Source of the DNA: Escherichia phage EO1
Direction: 5' to 3' (one strand)
Sequence record: OQ223305.1
DNA length: 64,000 nucleotides
Below the pieces are notes generated by a model, which saw only the letters and a list, made by a program, of their open reading frames with translations, did no database searches and was not told the origin of the DNA. Of this stretch, positions 55,604 through 64,000 are shown one piece after another. The position numbers were made by a program, and so were the translations under genes. Position 1 is the stretch's first letter; each line of letters starts with the position of its first letter.

Positions 55604-55749
55604 GTCCATTCATAGGTATTACAAGCGCAGCGCTAGTATCTGGAGGTGTTTTGCTAGCTGGTCTAGGTGTTGTTCCAGCCGTAGCAGGAGGTCTTCTTGC
55701 GTTCGGCATTCAACGTGTTATCATGACAGTTATCACAGTCATGCAGTAA
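55600..55749 (+). CDS. hypothetical Gly-rich hydrophobic peptide (49 aa)
   Basis: ATG overlaps the gp52 stop; GxxxG-type helix (SGGVLLAGLGVVPAVAGGLLAFG); followed by a strong terminator. Confidence 0.35.
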   Translation: MSPFIGITSAALVSGGVLLAGLGVVPAVAGGLLAFGIQRVIMTVITVMQ

Positions 55750-55754
55750 TTTTA

Positions 55755-55780
55755 GGGAGAGCCGAGGCTCTCCCTTTTTT
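55755..55780 (+). terminator. rho-independent terminator upstream of the motA promoter
   Basis: GGGAGAGCCGAGGCTCTCCC 55755-55774 followed by TTTTTT. Confidence 0.85.
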
Positions 55781-55806
55781 ATTTCAAAAATTTTTTTCAC
55801 AAAAAG

Positions 55807-55860
55807 GTTTACAACCAAAGCATACTGTGGTACTATACAACTATCAACTACTGATACAGA
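55807..55860 (+). promoter_or_regulatory. early promoter of motA with conserved 32-bp core
   Basis: GTTTAC 55807-55812; core GGTACTATACAACTATCAACTACTGATACAGA at 55829-55860. Confidence 0.65.
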
Positions 55861-55877
55861 ATTACGGAGATTAGAAA

Positions 55878-56513
55878 ATGTCTAAAGTAACTTACATCAT
55901 CAAAGCTTCTAACGATGTTCTGAATGAAAAAACTGCTGCGATTTTAATTACTATTGCTAAGAAAGATTTCATTACAGCCGCAGAAGTTCGTGAGGTGCAT
56001 CCAGATTTAGGTAACGCAGTAGTTAATAGTAATATTGGGGTATTGATTAAAAAAGGCCTGGTGGAGAAATCTGGTGATGGATTAATCATTACTGGTGAAG
56101 CTCAGGATATTATTTCAAATGCAGCAACTTTATATGCACAGGAAAATGCTCCGGAACTGCTGAAAAAACGAGCAACTCGTAAAGCTCGCGAGATTACTTC
56201 CGATATGGAAGAAGATAAAGACCTCATGTTAAAACTTTTAGATGAAAATGGATTTGTTCTTAAAAAGGTTGAAACTTATCGTAGTAATTATCTTGCTATT
56301 TTAGAAAAACGCACTTACGGAATTCGCAATTTTGAAATTAACAACAATGGAAACATGCGAATTTTTGGATACAAAATGATGGAACATCATATTCAGAAAT
56401 TTACTGATATCGGAATGTCTTGTAAAATCGCTAAAAACGGTAATGTGTATCTTGACATTAAACGTTCGGCAGAAAACATTGAAGCAGTAATCACTGTAGC
56501 ATCTGAACTGTGA
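55878..56513 (+). CDS. motA: middle-transcription activator MotA (211 aa)
   Basis: 211 aa; MSKVTYIIKASNDVLNEKTAAILITIAKKDFITAAEVREVHPDLGNAV matches T4 MotA as recalled. Confidence 0.85.
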   Translation: MSKVTYIIKASNDVLNEKTAAILITIAKKDFITAAEVREVHPDLGNAVVNSNIGVLIKKGLVEKSGDGLIITGEAQDIISNAATLYAQENAPELLKKRATRKAREITSDMEEDKDLMLKLLDENGFVLKKVETYRSNYLAILEKRTYGIRNFEINNNGNMRIFGYKMMEHHIQKFTDIGMSCKIAKNGNVYLDIKRSAENIEAVITVASEL

Positions 56514-56523
56514 GGAATAAATA

Positions 56524-56853
56524 ATGAACAAGTTAGAAATTGTTAATGAACTTCGTCGTTGCGCAGAACCCACTCAAGAGGGTTGGGACATCTGGTATCA
56601 TGGAGCTTATCTTGGAACTATTGTAAAGATTAAGACTGGTAAATACATGATTATTCGTGAAAGTAAAGATGCTCCAGTAGGTATTCGCAATAATTTTATG
56701 GCAGCGATAAGTTCATTTACGGATGCAGCTTACGAAATTTACCTTGCTGATTATAAAGAATTCCAGGAATCTCAACCAGTTATTCGTTCAATTGGTGTTA
56801 ACAAAGCTCAACAGAAAACGTTGTGGCAGCGTATTAAAGGATGGTTTAAATGA
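56524..56853 (+). CDS. hypothetical protein (109 aa)
   Basis: ORF after GAGGAATAAATA. Confidence 0.4.
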   Translation: MNKLEIVNELRRCAEPTQEGWDIWYHGAYLGTIVKIKTGKYMIIRESKDAPVGIRNNFMAAISSFTDAAYEIYLADYKEFQESQPVIRSIGVNKAQQKTLWQRIKGWFK

Positions 56854-57311
56854 AAACTTTTAAAGAACGTTTAGCTCTGTTAGATAAAGCTTTGTTACGT
56901 GAGACTCCGGAAAGTCTGGCTGCTAAATTAGCTTCTTACGGCGGTGAATATACAAAACAAAATGTTTTAGATGAAGTTCCTGAAATCTGTTGGCAGACTG
57001 CATATTGGGATGAAAATCAAAAGTATCAACGACGAATTGTCTGTGCAGCCAACCGTTTTAAATTAAAAGATGGACGAACTCTTATTATTCCAGGTGCTCG
57101 TCATTATTCTAAAGATATGGCAGAAGTTTTAGATGTAGTTAAACCTCAATTAGTTACTCAACAAGTTTGTGATGATGACCAAGGGTTTATTGACCAATAT
57201 AGTAATTATTGGACACGTGAAGAAGCAATGATTATTGCAACTTACGCTGGACAAGTACGTATTGAACGTGGTGGTAGTGAAAAAGAACTTTACTCTGAGG
57301 ACCTTTACTAA
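56850..57311 (+). CDS. hypothetical protein (153 aa)
   Basis: ORF; no motif I can name. Confidence 0.4.
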   Translation: MKTFKERLALLDKALLRETPESLAAKLASYGGEYTKQNVLDEVPEICWQTAYWDENQKYQRRIVCAANRFKLKDGRTLIIPGARHYSKDMAEVLDVVKPQLVTQQVCDDDQGFIDQYSNYWTREEAMIIATYAGQVRIERGGSEKELYSEDLY

Positions 57312-57607
57312 TGAATATTAAAAAGTTTCAAATCGATGGAATTATGAATCAAATCCAGGCGTTGGAATATGCCAATAAAATGATGTCAACTAATTGGGGA
57401 ATTTATACCAATGAGCCGGCATTTAAATTTTGTGATATGGAATTTGCCAAAAAGCTTGTAGGAAAAGATTATGTATGTCCATTTAGTTTTCCAGTAAATG
57501 GAATGCTAAAACCTGCTTTACGCGATCTTTATATTGCGATGAACGAAGAAATGATAAAAGAATTAAAACGTCAACTGAAGGTGATTCAATTTGGCCAGGG
57601 AAATTAA
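57311..57607 (+). CDS. hypothetical protein (98 aa)
   Basis: Translationally coupled ORF. Confidence 0.4.
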   Translation: MNIKKFQIDGIMNQIQALEYANKMMSTNWGIYTNEPAFKFCDMEFAKKLVGKDYVCPFSFPVNGMLKPALRDLYIAMNEEMIKELKRQLKVIQFGQGN

Positions 57608-57809
57608 TTCAAAATCTGATTATTTTAATTCTCTCAATGATAAAGATAAAAATCTAATACGGCATTTTATTGTTGAGATGGGATATACCGATACACGCGA
57701 TTTAAGAGAACATATATTTGAATGTGGTGTAGCTAAAAAGTTTTCATTCACATGCAAATGTTTGAGAGAGGTAATTCAGCACTATGAACAATTTAGTCGC
57801 AAAACATAA
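57591..57809 (+). CDS. hypothetical protein (72 aa); start uncertain
   Basis: ORF overlapping the previous one. Confidence 0.3.
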   Translation: MAREINSKSDYFNSLNDKDKNLIRHFIVEMGYTDTRDLREHIFECGVAKKFSFTCKCLREVIQHYEQFSRKT

Positions 57810-57892
57810 TTTTAATAAAGCTTCTGTTCATAAAGATAAGAAGAAAGCGTTTAAAGAATCTAATCGCAAACAGAAACATAAGGGGAAGGTCT

Positions 57893-58171
57893 ATGATTAT
57901 TGATTCTCAGTCCGTGGTTCAATACACAATCAAAATTGATATTCTAGAAAAGCTATATAAGTTTCTACCAAATTTATACCACTCAATTGTTAATGAATTA
58001 GTTGAAGAACTACATCTCGAGAATAATGATTTCTTGATTGGAACTTATAAAGACCTCTCAAAAGCAGGATATTTTTACGTAATTCCAGCTCCAGGAAAAA
58101 GTATTGATGATGTATTAAAAACTATAATGATTTATGTCCATGATTATGAAATTGAAGATTATTTCGAATGA
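57893..58171 (+). CDS. arn: Arn-like protein (92 aa)
   Basis: 92 aa and position between motA and asiA match T4 arn; acidic. Confidence 0.55.
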   Translation: MIIDSQSVVQYTIKIDILEKLYKFLPNLYHSIVNELVEELHLENNDFLIGTYKDLSKAGYFYVIPAPGKSIDDVLKTIMIYVHDYEIEDYFE

Positions 58172-58320
58172 GTCATAATCTTGAAAAAGTAATCGAGCAT
58201 AATGTAGCTCAGGAACGTGAGTCGTTCAAGGAATTCGTAGAAAAAATTTTTCAAGAAAATAACACAGACCAGTTTACAAAACAAACGTCTGATGATATTA
58301 TAACAAAGTCAACTAATTGA
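58168..58320 (+). CDS. hypothetical protein (50 aa)
   Basis: ATG overlaps the arn stop. Confidence 0.3.
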   Translation: MSHNLEKVIEHNVAQERESFKEFVEKIFQENNTDQFTKQTSDDIITKSTN

Positions 58321-58332
58321 GTGGTATAGTTA

Positions 58333-58605
58333 ATGAATAAAAATATTGATACAGTTCGTGAAATTATTACCGTTGCGTCTATTTTGATTAAATTTTCCAG
58401 AGAAGATATTGTTGAAAATCGTGCTAATTTTATTGCATTTCTGAATGAGATTGGAGTAACGCATGAAGGTAGAAAATTAAATCAGAATTCATTCCGTAAA
58501 ATTGTTTCTGAATTAACTCAAGAAGATAAGAAAACCCTCATCGACGAATTCAACGAGGGTTTTGAGGGTGTATATCGATATCTAGAGATGTATACGAACA
58601 AATAA
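58333..58605 (+). CDS. asiA: anti-sigma70 factor AsiA (90 aa)
   Basis: 90 aa; MNKNIDTVREIITVASILIKFSREDIVENRANFIAFLNEIGVTHEGRKLNQNSFRKIVSELTQEDKKTLIDEF matches T4 AsiA as recalled. Confidence 0.85.
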   Translation: MNKNIDTVREIITVASILIKFSREDIVENRANFIAFLNEIGVTHEGRKLNQNSFRKIVSELTQEDKKTLIDEFNEGFEGVYRYLEMYTNK

Positions 58606-59262
58606 TTATTTAGCCCTTCCTAATATTCTGGCCGCCTGAGCACATATTGATTCAAGGCGGTCATTACTTATATGATCATTTCTATACCAGTACATAGTTA
58701 TCGTTCCAGCATAGATATTATCCAAATTAAAATATGGACAACTGTACATGTAGTTTATTTCGGGAGTAGGCTTTTTAGTTGGTAAAAAAGCAAATTTTGA
58801 GTTGGAATAATAATGACGTCCATTTAAATGAACTGTATATTCATCCATAGTTTTATCAACAGGATATCCTCCAAGTGATTTTTCACTTATTGTTGAAGGT
58901 AATTTTCCTTCATATGCTATAATATCAACAAAATAGTTTAAGTTTTTAGGGCGGAAAGAATACACCGCACTAAAGTCTGCCTCAGATGATATATGAACTA
59001 TCTGGAGTTGTTCCAGGGCGACAGATTCAAAGCGTGCATTTCTTTCCTTTTCAATAATTTCACTGTATGTTTCATACTTTGATTGCTTATAGTACTCAAA
59101 GAAACTATCTCCCCTATACCAAACAATCGCCATTATAAACAAAAGAATTACGACAGCTACCCGGGAAGCAAGAACATTCCCGGTAGCGTTATCTTTGAAC
59201 AAGCGATCTAGAACACCCAACAGAATATCAGAGGGCGAAAATGATATTCTAGGTACTGCCAT
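58606..59262 (-). CDS. t: holin T (218 aa)
   Basis: 218 aa; one N-terminal transmembrane segment and large C-terminal domain; late promoter TATAAATA and AGGAGG SD upstream on the minus strand. Confidence 0.85.
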   Translation of the reverse strand: MAVPRISFSPSDILLGVLDRLFKDNATGNVLASRVAVVILLFIMAIVWYRGDSFFEYYKQSKYETYSEIIEKERNARFESVALEQLQIVHISSEADFSAVYSFRPKNLNYFVDIIAYEGKLPSTISEKSLGGYPVDKTMDEYTVHLNGRHYYSNSKFAFLPTKKPTPEINYMYSCPYFNLDNIYAGTITMYWYRNDHISNDRLESICAQAARILGRAK

Positions 59263-59280
59263 AGACCCTCCTTTTAAGGA

Positions 59281-59288
59281 TATTTATA
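59281..59288 (-). promoter_or_regulatory. late promoter (TATAAATA) for holin t
   Basis: Minus-strand TATAAATA (plus-strand TATTTATA at 59281-59288), followed by AGGAGG SD and the ATG at 59262. Confidence 0.7.
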
Positions 59289-59307
59289 TGCTGAGAGGTA
59301 TTACCAT

Positions 59308-60087
59308 TTAAATCCAGGAACCGTAGATCGTGCCTGTTGCACCCCATGATGGTGAAGAACCAAATACCGCTCTACCTGGAGCACCACCGCCGGATCTAGA
59401 TAAGTGATTACCCCATCCATCTCCACCCCGACCTCCAGCATCACCGCCATTGCCTCCGCCGAATTGGGAAGTGTAACCGGCACCGCCCGGGGCGTCATAA
59501 CTAGCATTACCACCCGGCCAATTAACGCCGCCTCCGCCGATGCCAAATGGTCTACCACCACCGCCACCTGCTGTAGCATTTGGCGCCCAGCTATTCTGTA
59601 ATGACACTGCACCACCACCACCGCCGCCTGATGCAATAACGCCATAGTTCCAAATACGAAGTCTTCCGCCGATATCATTTTGGATTACATCGCCGCCATT
59701 TGTGCCTGGGTTTCCGTTTACAGTACCGTTACCACCTCGTCCCCACATATGAACTCCACCATGAATATTCAAAGTAACATATTCATTTGGCGTATCGCCA
59801 TACATAAAGAATAATGGAACATCTTTACTATATGATACCAAATTTCCGGTGATATTAAACACTATAGGTGCACTACCTGCCTCAAAACATCTATCTCGGA
59901 ACCATTGACCATTGAAGTTATGGTCTGCTCCAAGCGTGTGAATAATTTCTCGTGAGCGACCTGCAAATTGACTCATCCAGCAAGGAACACCCAATCTTAA
60001 TTGACCAGCCGCTTGACTCATCCAGCGCTGTCCAGTTTCATTTGCGGCTGAACTTCCAATCCAACCAGGAACACTAACTACTGCCAT
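59308..60087 (-). CDS. 38: receptor-recognising adhesin gp38, T2-type with glycine-rich motifs (259 aa)
   Basis: Poly-Gly tracts ([39 protein letters not shown]) separating variable segments; immediately downstream of gene 37. Confidence 0.8.
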   Translation of the reverse strand: MAVVSVPGWIGSSAANETGQRWMSQAAGQLRLGVPCWMSQFAGRSREIIHTLGADHNFNGQWFRDRCFEAGSAPIVFNITGNLVSYSKDVPLFFMYGDTPNEYVTLNIHGGVHMWGRGGNGTVNGNPGTNGGDVIQNDIGGRLRIWNYGVIASGGGGGGAVSLQNSWAPNATAGGGGGRPFGIGGGGVNWPGGNASYDAPGGAGYTSQFGGGNGGDAGGRGGDGWGNHLSRSGGGAPGRAVFGSSPSWGATGTIYGSWI

Positions 60088-60123
60088 AATTTATACTCCA
60101 AAGGGGGCGTTGCCCCCTTGTTG

Positions 60124-63100
60124 TTAGAATTTAAAATATTTACTAATTTTTCGAGCAATTTTAGTAAAGAAAGGCGTTTTCAATTCTTTAATTTCCTCAC
60201 TCATTTCCTGAATAGCCTTAATTAAAAGAGCATTCACAGCAGAGTTAGAAATTGTCAGAACATCAGATCCATCAACTTCAACTTTAGATACAGCTTCCAG
60301 TAATTCCTTTTCAAGGTCCTGAGCAATAATACCAACTTCACGTTTAATAACACTACGGTCTTTAATAGACTTAACTTTATCGTAAGTATAAACTTTCAGA
60401 CGGCATACTTTTTCAAGTGCTCCGTTTTCTAACTCTTCTTTATTAATCTTAAGACGATCATCAGAACGAATATAAACATCGTTAAAGTTACCATTACCAG
60501 GACAGTAAAAAGTACCATCATGATGGAACTCGAATACAGCTTGAGGATGACCAGCCGCTGGCGAGTTCTCCGCAGATCCAACACGAATGATTGCTTGCCC
60601 CCAATTTTGAGGAACACGACGCATACCAAAATCTACGGCAGTTGTATATCCTTGATTGGTGATTAAACTTCTGCCTTTAATAATTGGATAATAGCTATCC
60701 GGTCCAACATAGCCATGATCGACGAATATCGGAGCTTCTAAGCCCCATTGGTCGTTCCAACCTCCAGATTGACTAGCAGTCCAACGTTCACCATGAACAT
60801 AGAATCGAACGTTATTGACATGAGTCATTTCGATGCCTTTTGGACTTAGCGCGATATCCCCTCCGTTTGTAATGTATATACCGCCTTGCGTAACGTAACT
60901 GTAAAAACCTAGACCATTGTTTGCGCCACCTTTACCAATATACCAATTATTGACCCCGGCCGTATCAGAACGAATAAATGATGAATCACTGGCCAAAGGA
61001 GGATTAAGAACTATTCCAGCAGCATCTTTATTAATCCAAAGAGCGCCGGTCATCGTATCGCCTTCTTTGGCAACACGAGTAGCTATTGCATCACGAATAT
61101 TTGTAGTGTCTCCCGCAGAAGTAAACGTTTTCCAAATATCCGAGAAAATATTACCATTGCGAGCAATAGTAGCTTCACCGCCGCCGACCTGAACGTTATT
61201 GGGGAAATTAACTGTACCATCAGCATTAAATCTTGATGTATGGCCCTGTGATCCATCTTCTTTCAGATGATGTAAAACAAATGTACCCGAATTAATTTCA
61301 GTACCTAAAGACCAAACAGCTTTACTGTTTAAAAACTTCTGTTTAACAATAGGATAATATTTACTTACTGCGTCATCATCGATTTCCTGGAAAATAGGAG
61401 CTGCTTGAACATATTGAATATCATAACCACCAGCGCCTGCGCCGTGACCAGTAAATTTAATATAGCCGTTTGCTGCGAACGTATTGTAACTTGATTGTAA
61501 ATCTGGAATAGTAACTTTACCGGTATCTAAAGCCATACTAAACGGGCGAAGTGGACCGATATCACCATGTTTACCTTCACCATAAGCAGTTGGAATAATA
61601 TGAAGACTACCTTCTGAACGTCTAAAAATGGCTCCATAATCTGCATTCCAAATGCGAAGTGCATTCACAGCCCCAGATGAAATTTCGCCTGTTGTGTGAA
61701 CTCCTCTATTTCCAGCAGTAACACCAGATGATTCAAATGAACCGTTAACGTTCATTTCTATTTCACCGGTAGTAAGTCTTTGAATATAGCTCATCCAGCT
61801 AGTTGCATCGGAAATTTCCATGACATTTTTGCGATTACCTTCGCTAGGATTAGTAAATGTATTACCCCACACAGAAATTGTCATGTTATCCACAGAACTA
61901 CTACCTGTTGTGTTACCTCTAAACATCAGTGTAGAAGCATTATTTCTACCATCGATATTAACAGAACCACCAATAACGTCAATATTGCCTGGAGTAACTA
62001 ACAAACCGCCGTGAGTATTAATGTTTGTAGTGCCCTTGCCGCGGAAATAATGATGATAGTTACCGCCTTGATAATATCCTAAAAGAGTCTGACCATCTCC
62101 AAACGCGTTATTATCATGATATGTAACAACAGTAGCAAGAGCATAATTTTCAGTTGGAGGAGTAGTTAAATCGGTTCCGTTAGTAGAATATCCAGCTACA
62201 AATTTTCTTAGGCTAGTTGTTTCGCTAGGACTAAATAAAAACGTTTTTGTTCCATTATTAACGCTAAAATAATATCCATCTTGATGCCATTTAAATCCAG
62301 TATCATTATCTCCTAAAGCAATACTAGATGGTCCTAATATTGAATAATCTTTATTACCAGGTGTTAAACCAATAGAAATTGAGTGACTTGATTTAATTCC
62401 GCCGCTCCAAGTAAATGACCAAAGATAGGTGTCAAGTCCATCACCTGCATACCAAGTTATTCCATCATTATCTTTAACTTCATGGAAAATACCAGAACCA
62501 ACGGCATTACGCATGACACGAAGATGATTAATAGCAGTAGTGCTTTCAGACAATGGAACATTGTCTGCCATCGAATAGATGTCATAATCACCCGTAGATT
62601 TATTATTAGTAATGACTTTGTTGGTCAGAATTTGTGGAGACGAAATAGATTTCCATGCTGATACTTCAGGTGAAGTAAATAGTCCACTGCCTGAAAATGC
62701 ATAAGTGCTTTCGCTACCAGCGGCGTAGTCTTGAACCCTGATATTAAGTACTTGTGTAGTTAAACCATCATTAGCCGGGGCATAAATGATTCCGCGTTCG
62801 CGACTATTGTTATCGAAAAAACGAACATGCGCTGTACCTGAACTTTTTGTAATAAGTTCTCCGCCTTCAGTCATAATCTGCCCGGCGGCAATAATATCGC
62901 GAGTTACTCGAGCAATACCAGTTAAATTAAAATTACCAGTCTGAGTGAAGACGCCATTTAAAGTATAATCGCCAGTTTGGTTATAATTGCCTGTATGAAT
63001 AACATTCCCGTCAATACTACCGCCTTTAGCAAAACCCAGATCAATAATATTTCCTTGGTCATCTTTAGTAAAAAGTACACGGTCTTTTAAGTTTATAGCC

Positions 63101-63186
63101 AATTCACCTTCGGCTAATACTGAAGCGGCAGGACGTGCTCCTGCAGTTTTGCTTCTTTTAAATTGTATTTGTTTTAAAGTAGCCAT
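60124..63186 (-). CDS. 37: long tail fibre distal subunit gp37 (1020 aa)
   Basis: 1020 aa; N-terminus MATLKQIQFKRSKTAGARPAASVLAEGELAINLKDRVLF; order 36-37-38. Confidence 0.9.
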   Translation of the reverse strand: MATLKQIQFKRSKTAGARPAASVLAEGELAINLKDRVLFTKDDQGNIIDLGFAKGGSIDGNVIHTGNYNQTGDYTLNGVFTQTGNFNLTGIARVTRDIIAAGQIMTEGGELITKSSGTAHVRFFDNNSRERGIIYAPANDGLTTQVLNIRVQDYAAGSESTYAFSGSGLFTSPEVSAWKSISSPQILTNKVITNNKSTGDYDIYSMADNVPLSESTTAINHLRVMRNAVGSGIFHEVKDNDGITWYAGDGLDTYLWSFTWSGGIKSSHSISIGLTPGNKDYSILGPSSIALGDNDTGFKWHQDGYYFSVNNGTKTFLFSPSETTSLRKFVAGYSTNGTDLTTPPTENYALATVVTYHDNNAFGDGQTLLGYYQGGNYHHYFRGKGTTNINTHGGLLVTPGNIDVIGGSVNIDGRNNASTLMFRGNTTGSSSVDNMTISVWGNTFTNPSEGNRKNVMEISDATSWMSYIQRLTTGEIEMNVNGSFESSGVTAGNRGVHTTGEISSGAVNALRIWNADYGAIFRRSEGSLHIIPTAYGEGKHGDIGPLRPFSMALDTGKVTIPDLQSSYNTFAANGYIKFTGHGAGAGGYDIQYVQAAPIFQEIDDDAVSKYYPIVKQKFLNSKAVWSLGTEINSGTFVLHHLKEDGSQGHTSRFNADGTVNFPNNVQVGGGEATIARNGNIFSDIWKTFTSAGDTTNIRDAIATRVAKEGDTMTGALWINKDAAGIVLNPPLASDSSFIRSDTAGVNNWYIGKGGANNGLGFYSYVTQGGIYITNGGDIALSPKGIEMTHVNNVRFYVHGERWTASQSGGWNDQWGLEAPIFVDHGYVGPDSYYPIIKGRSLITNQGYTTAVDFGMRRVPQNWGQAIIRVGSAENSPAAGHPQAVFEFHHDGTFYCPGNGNFNDVYIRSDDRLKINKEELENGALEKVCRLKVYTYDKVKSIKDRSVIKREVGIIAQDLEKELLEAVSKVEVDGSDVLTISNSAVNALLIKAIQEMSEEIKELKTPFFTKIARKISKYFKF

Positions 63187-63194
63187 AAGTCCTC

Positions 63195-63851
63195 TTAATA
63201 ATAGCCGAAATCTTGAACAGAATCCTTAATAACAATTTGGTCAAATCGTGGAACATGCGAGGGTTGAGATGCAGGATTCTGTGAAAAAAGGTTTGGCGCA
63301 GTTAAATTTCCTGTCATAGTGTCTCCAGAGCGTAATACCCTAGAGTTTGCGTTTGCGGTAACAATATTTATTGCTCCATCAACATAATCTTTCCGCGTAA
63401 GGTCATAATTATTTACTGGTGATAACGAAGTTACACGGATTTGTGATGCTTCAATTACGCCCTTTGAACTAATATCTCCGTTTCGCGTGTTAATTACTAC
63501 AGTTCTACCTGCTGCCCCTTGTGATGATTTAAAGCCGATACCATACCATGAAACAATATCCATATTTGTAGTATCATATGTGGCATTATCACCAGGACCG
63601 GCAAAAATGCCGTTGTCACCTGACCCAGCACCAGGAACAGTCATTCCTTTATTAAAAATTACTTTATTTAAATAAGTACCACCATTAGCTTTAGAAACGA
63701 AATCGTTATCAGTTGCTTGTGGTTTATTATATTCTGAATATATTTTAAATGATTTATAGAGTACATCGTCACCGGCTGGATTCAATGGAAAATTTCCTTG
63801 ATGCCAAATGACAGAGCCTCCAGTTGTTGAACCTACTTTTAAATCAGCCAT
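63195..63851 (-). CDS. 36: long tail fibre distal connector gp36 (218 aa)
   Basis: 218 aa; late promoter TATAAATA (rc at 63875-63882) upstream; precedes gene 37. Confidence 0.8.
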   Translation of the reverse strand: MADLKVGSTTGGSVIWHQGNFPLNPAGDDVLYKSFKIYSEYNKPQATDNDFVSKANGGTYLNKVIFNKGMTVPGAGSGDNGIFAGPGDNATYDTTNMDIVSWYGIGFKSSQGAAGRTVVINTRNGDISSKGVIEASQIRVTSLSPVNNYDLTRKDYVDGAINIVTANANSRVLRSGDTMTGNLTAPNLFSQNPASQPSHVPRFDQIVIKDSVQDFGYY

Positions 63852-63874
63852 TGTATGCCCCTTTATTTTAATAG

Positions 63875-63882
63875 TATTTATA
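63875..63882 (-). promoter_or_regulatory. late promoter (TATAAATACTATT) for gene 36
   Basis: Minus-strand TATAAATA (plus TATTTATA 63875-63882) between the gene 35 terminator and the gene 36 ATG. Confidence 0.7.
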
Positions 63883-63883
63883 A

Positions 63884-63908
63884 AGAAAAAGGGAACCCGA
63901 AGGCTCCC
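63884..63908 (-). terminator. rho-independent terminator after gene 35
   Basis: Minus-strand GGGAGCCTTCGGGTTCCC (plus 63891-63908) followed by TTTTTC on the minus strand. Confidence 0.7.
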
Positions 63909-63913
63909 TCAAT

Positions 63914-64000
63914 TTAAACTTCTCTAAATTCTTGTCCAAACACTTTACCAGTTTTAGACGATGCTTGTGTAGGAAGTACCATTATATCTGGAGGCGAAGC
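63914..64000 (-). CDS. 35: long tail fibre hinge protein gp35, C-terminal 28 codons (5' end outside window)
   Basis: Open frame from the window edge to a stop at 63914-63916 on the minus strand, followed by a terminator hairpin; upstream neighbour of gene 36. Confidence 0.5.
   Translation of the reverse strand, partial: ASPPDIMVLPTQASSKTGKVFGQEFREV

Noticed and set aside
59301-59678. Alternative-frame ORFs inside gene 38 (59301-59678 minus, 59404-59601 plus)
   Set aside because: Produced by the GC-rich glycine-codon repeats of gp38, which leave other frames open; no start signals.
1-64000. Search for CRISPR arrays, tRNA or rRNA genes, integrase or transposase
   Set aside because: No regularly spaced direct repeats with spacers, no cloverleaf-like GC-rich segments and no recombinase ORFs; the content is that of a lytic T-even phage. 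The T4 tRNA cluster lies outside this window.

Overview
This window is a contiguous segment of a T-even (T4-like, Tequatrovirus-type) lytic myophage genome, with gene content and order collinear with phage T4 read in reverse orientation. Almost all genes are on the + strand (early/middle transcription): a hypervariable block of unknown ORFs (123-5705), nrdC, pin-like ORF, endonuclease VII (49), nrdD/nrdG/NrdH-like redoxin, small '55.x' ORFs, late sigma gp55, alpha-glucosyltransferase, a freestanding GIY-YIG homing endonuclease, recombination nuclease 47/46, rpbA, clamp 45, clamp loader 44/62, regA, DNA polymerase 43, imm, dCMP hydroxymethylase 42, a GT-A-like glycosyltransferase at the beta-gt locus, uvsX, 40, helicase 41, dmd/sp/61.x anti-defence ORFs, primase 61, dCTPase 56, soc, two ModA/ModB-family ADP-ribosyltransferases, dda, a frameshifted dexA, fused topoisomerase gene 39, rIIA, rIIB, denB, ndd, stp, ac, topoisomerase 52, motA, arn and asiA. 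The window ends with late genes on the - strand: holin t, adhesin 38 (T2-type, glycine-rich), tail fibre 37, 36 and the 3' end of 35. Protein assignments rest on my recollection of T4 protein sequences, sizes and synteny; no database search was run. Features not explained by the gene map include mosaic early-promoter stem-loop cassettes reused across the window, a tandem family of four ~300-aa ORFs with coiled-coil C-termini, a 30-bp perfect palindrome, a dexA frameshift in an A7 run, a uORF ahead of uvsX and GC-rich tetraloop hairpins inside coding sequence. No rRNA, tRNA, CRISPR array or integrase was found. I did not find a single self-evident novel multi-gene system; the strongest candidate is the coiled-coil ORF array at 1121-5074.
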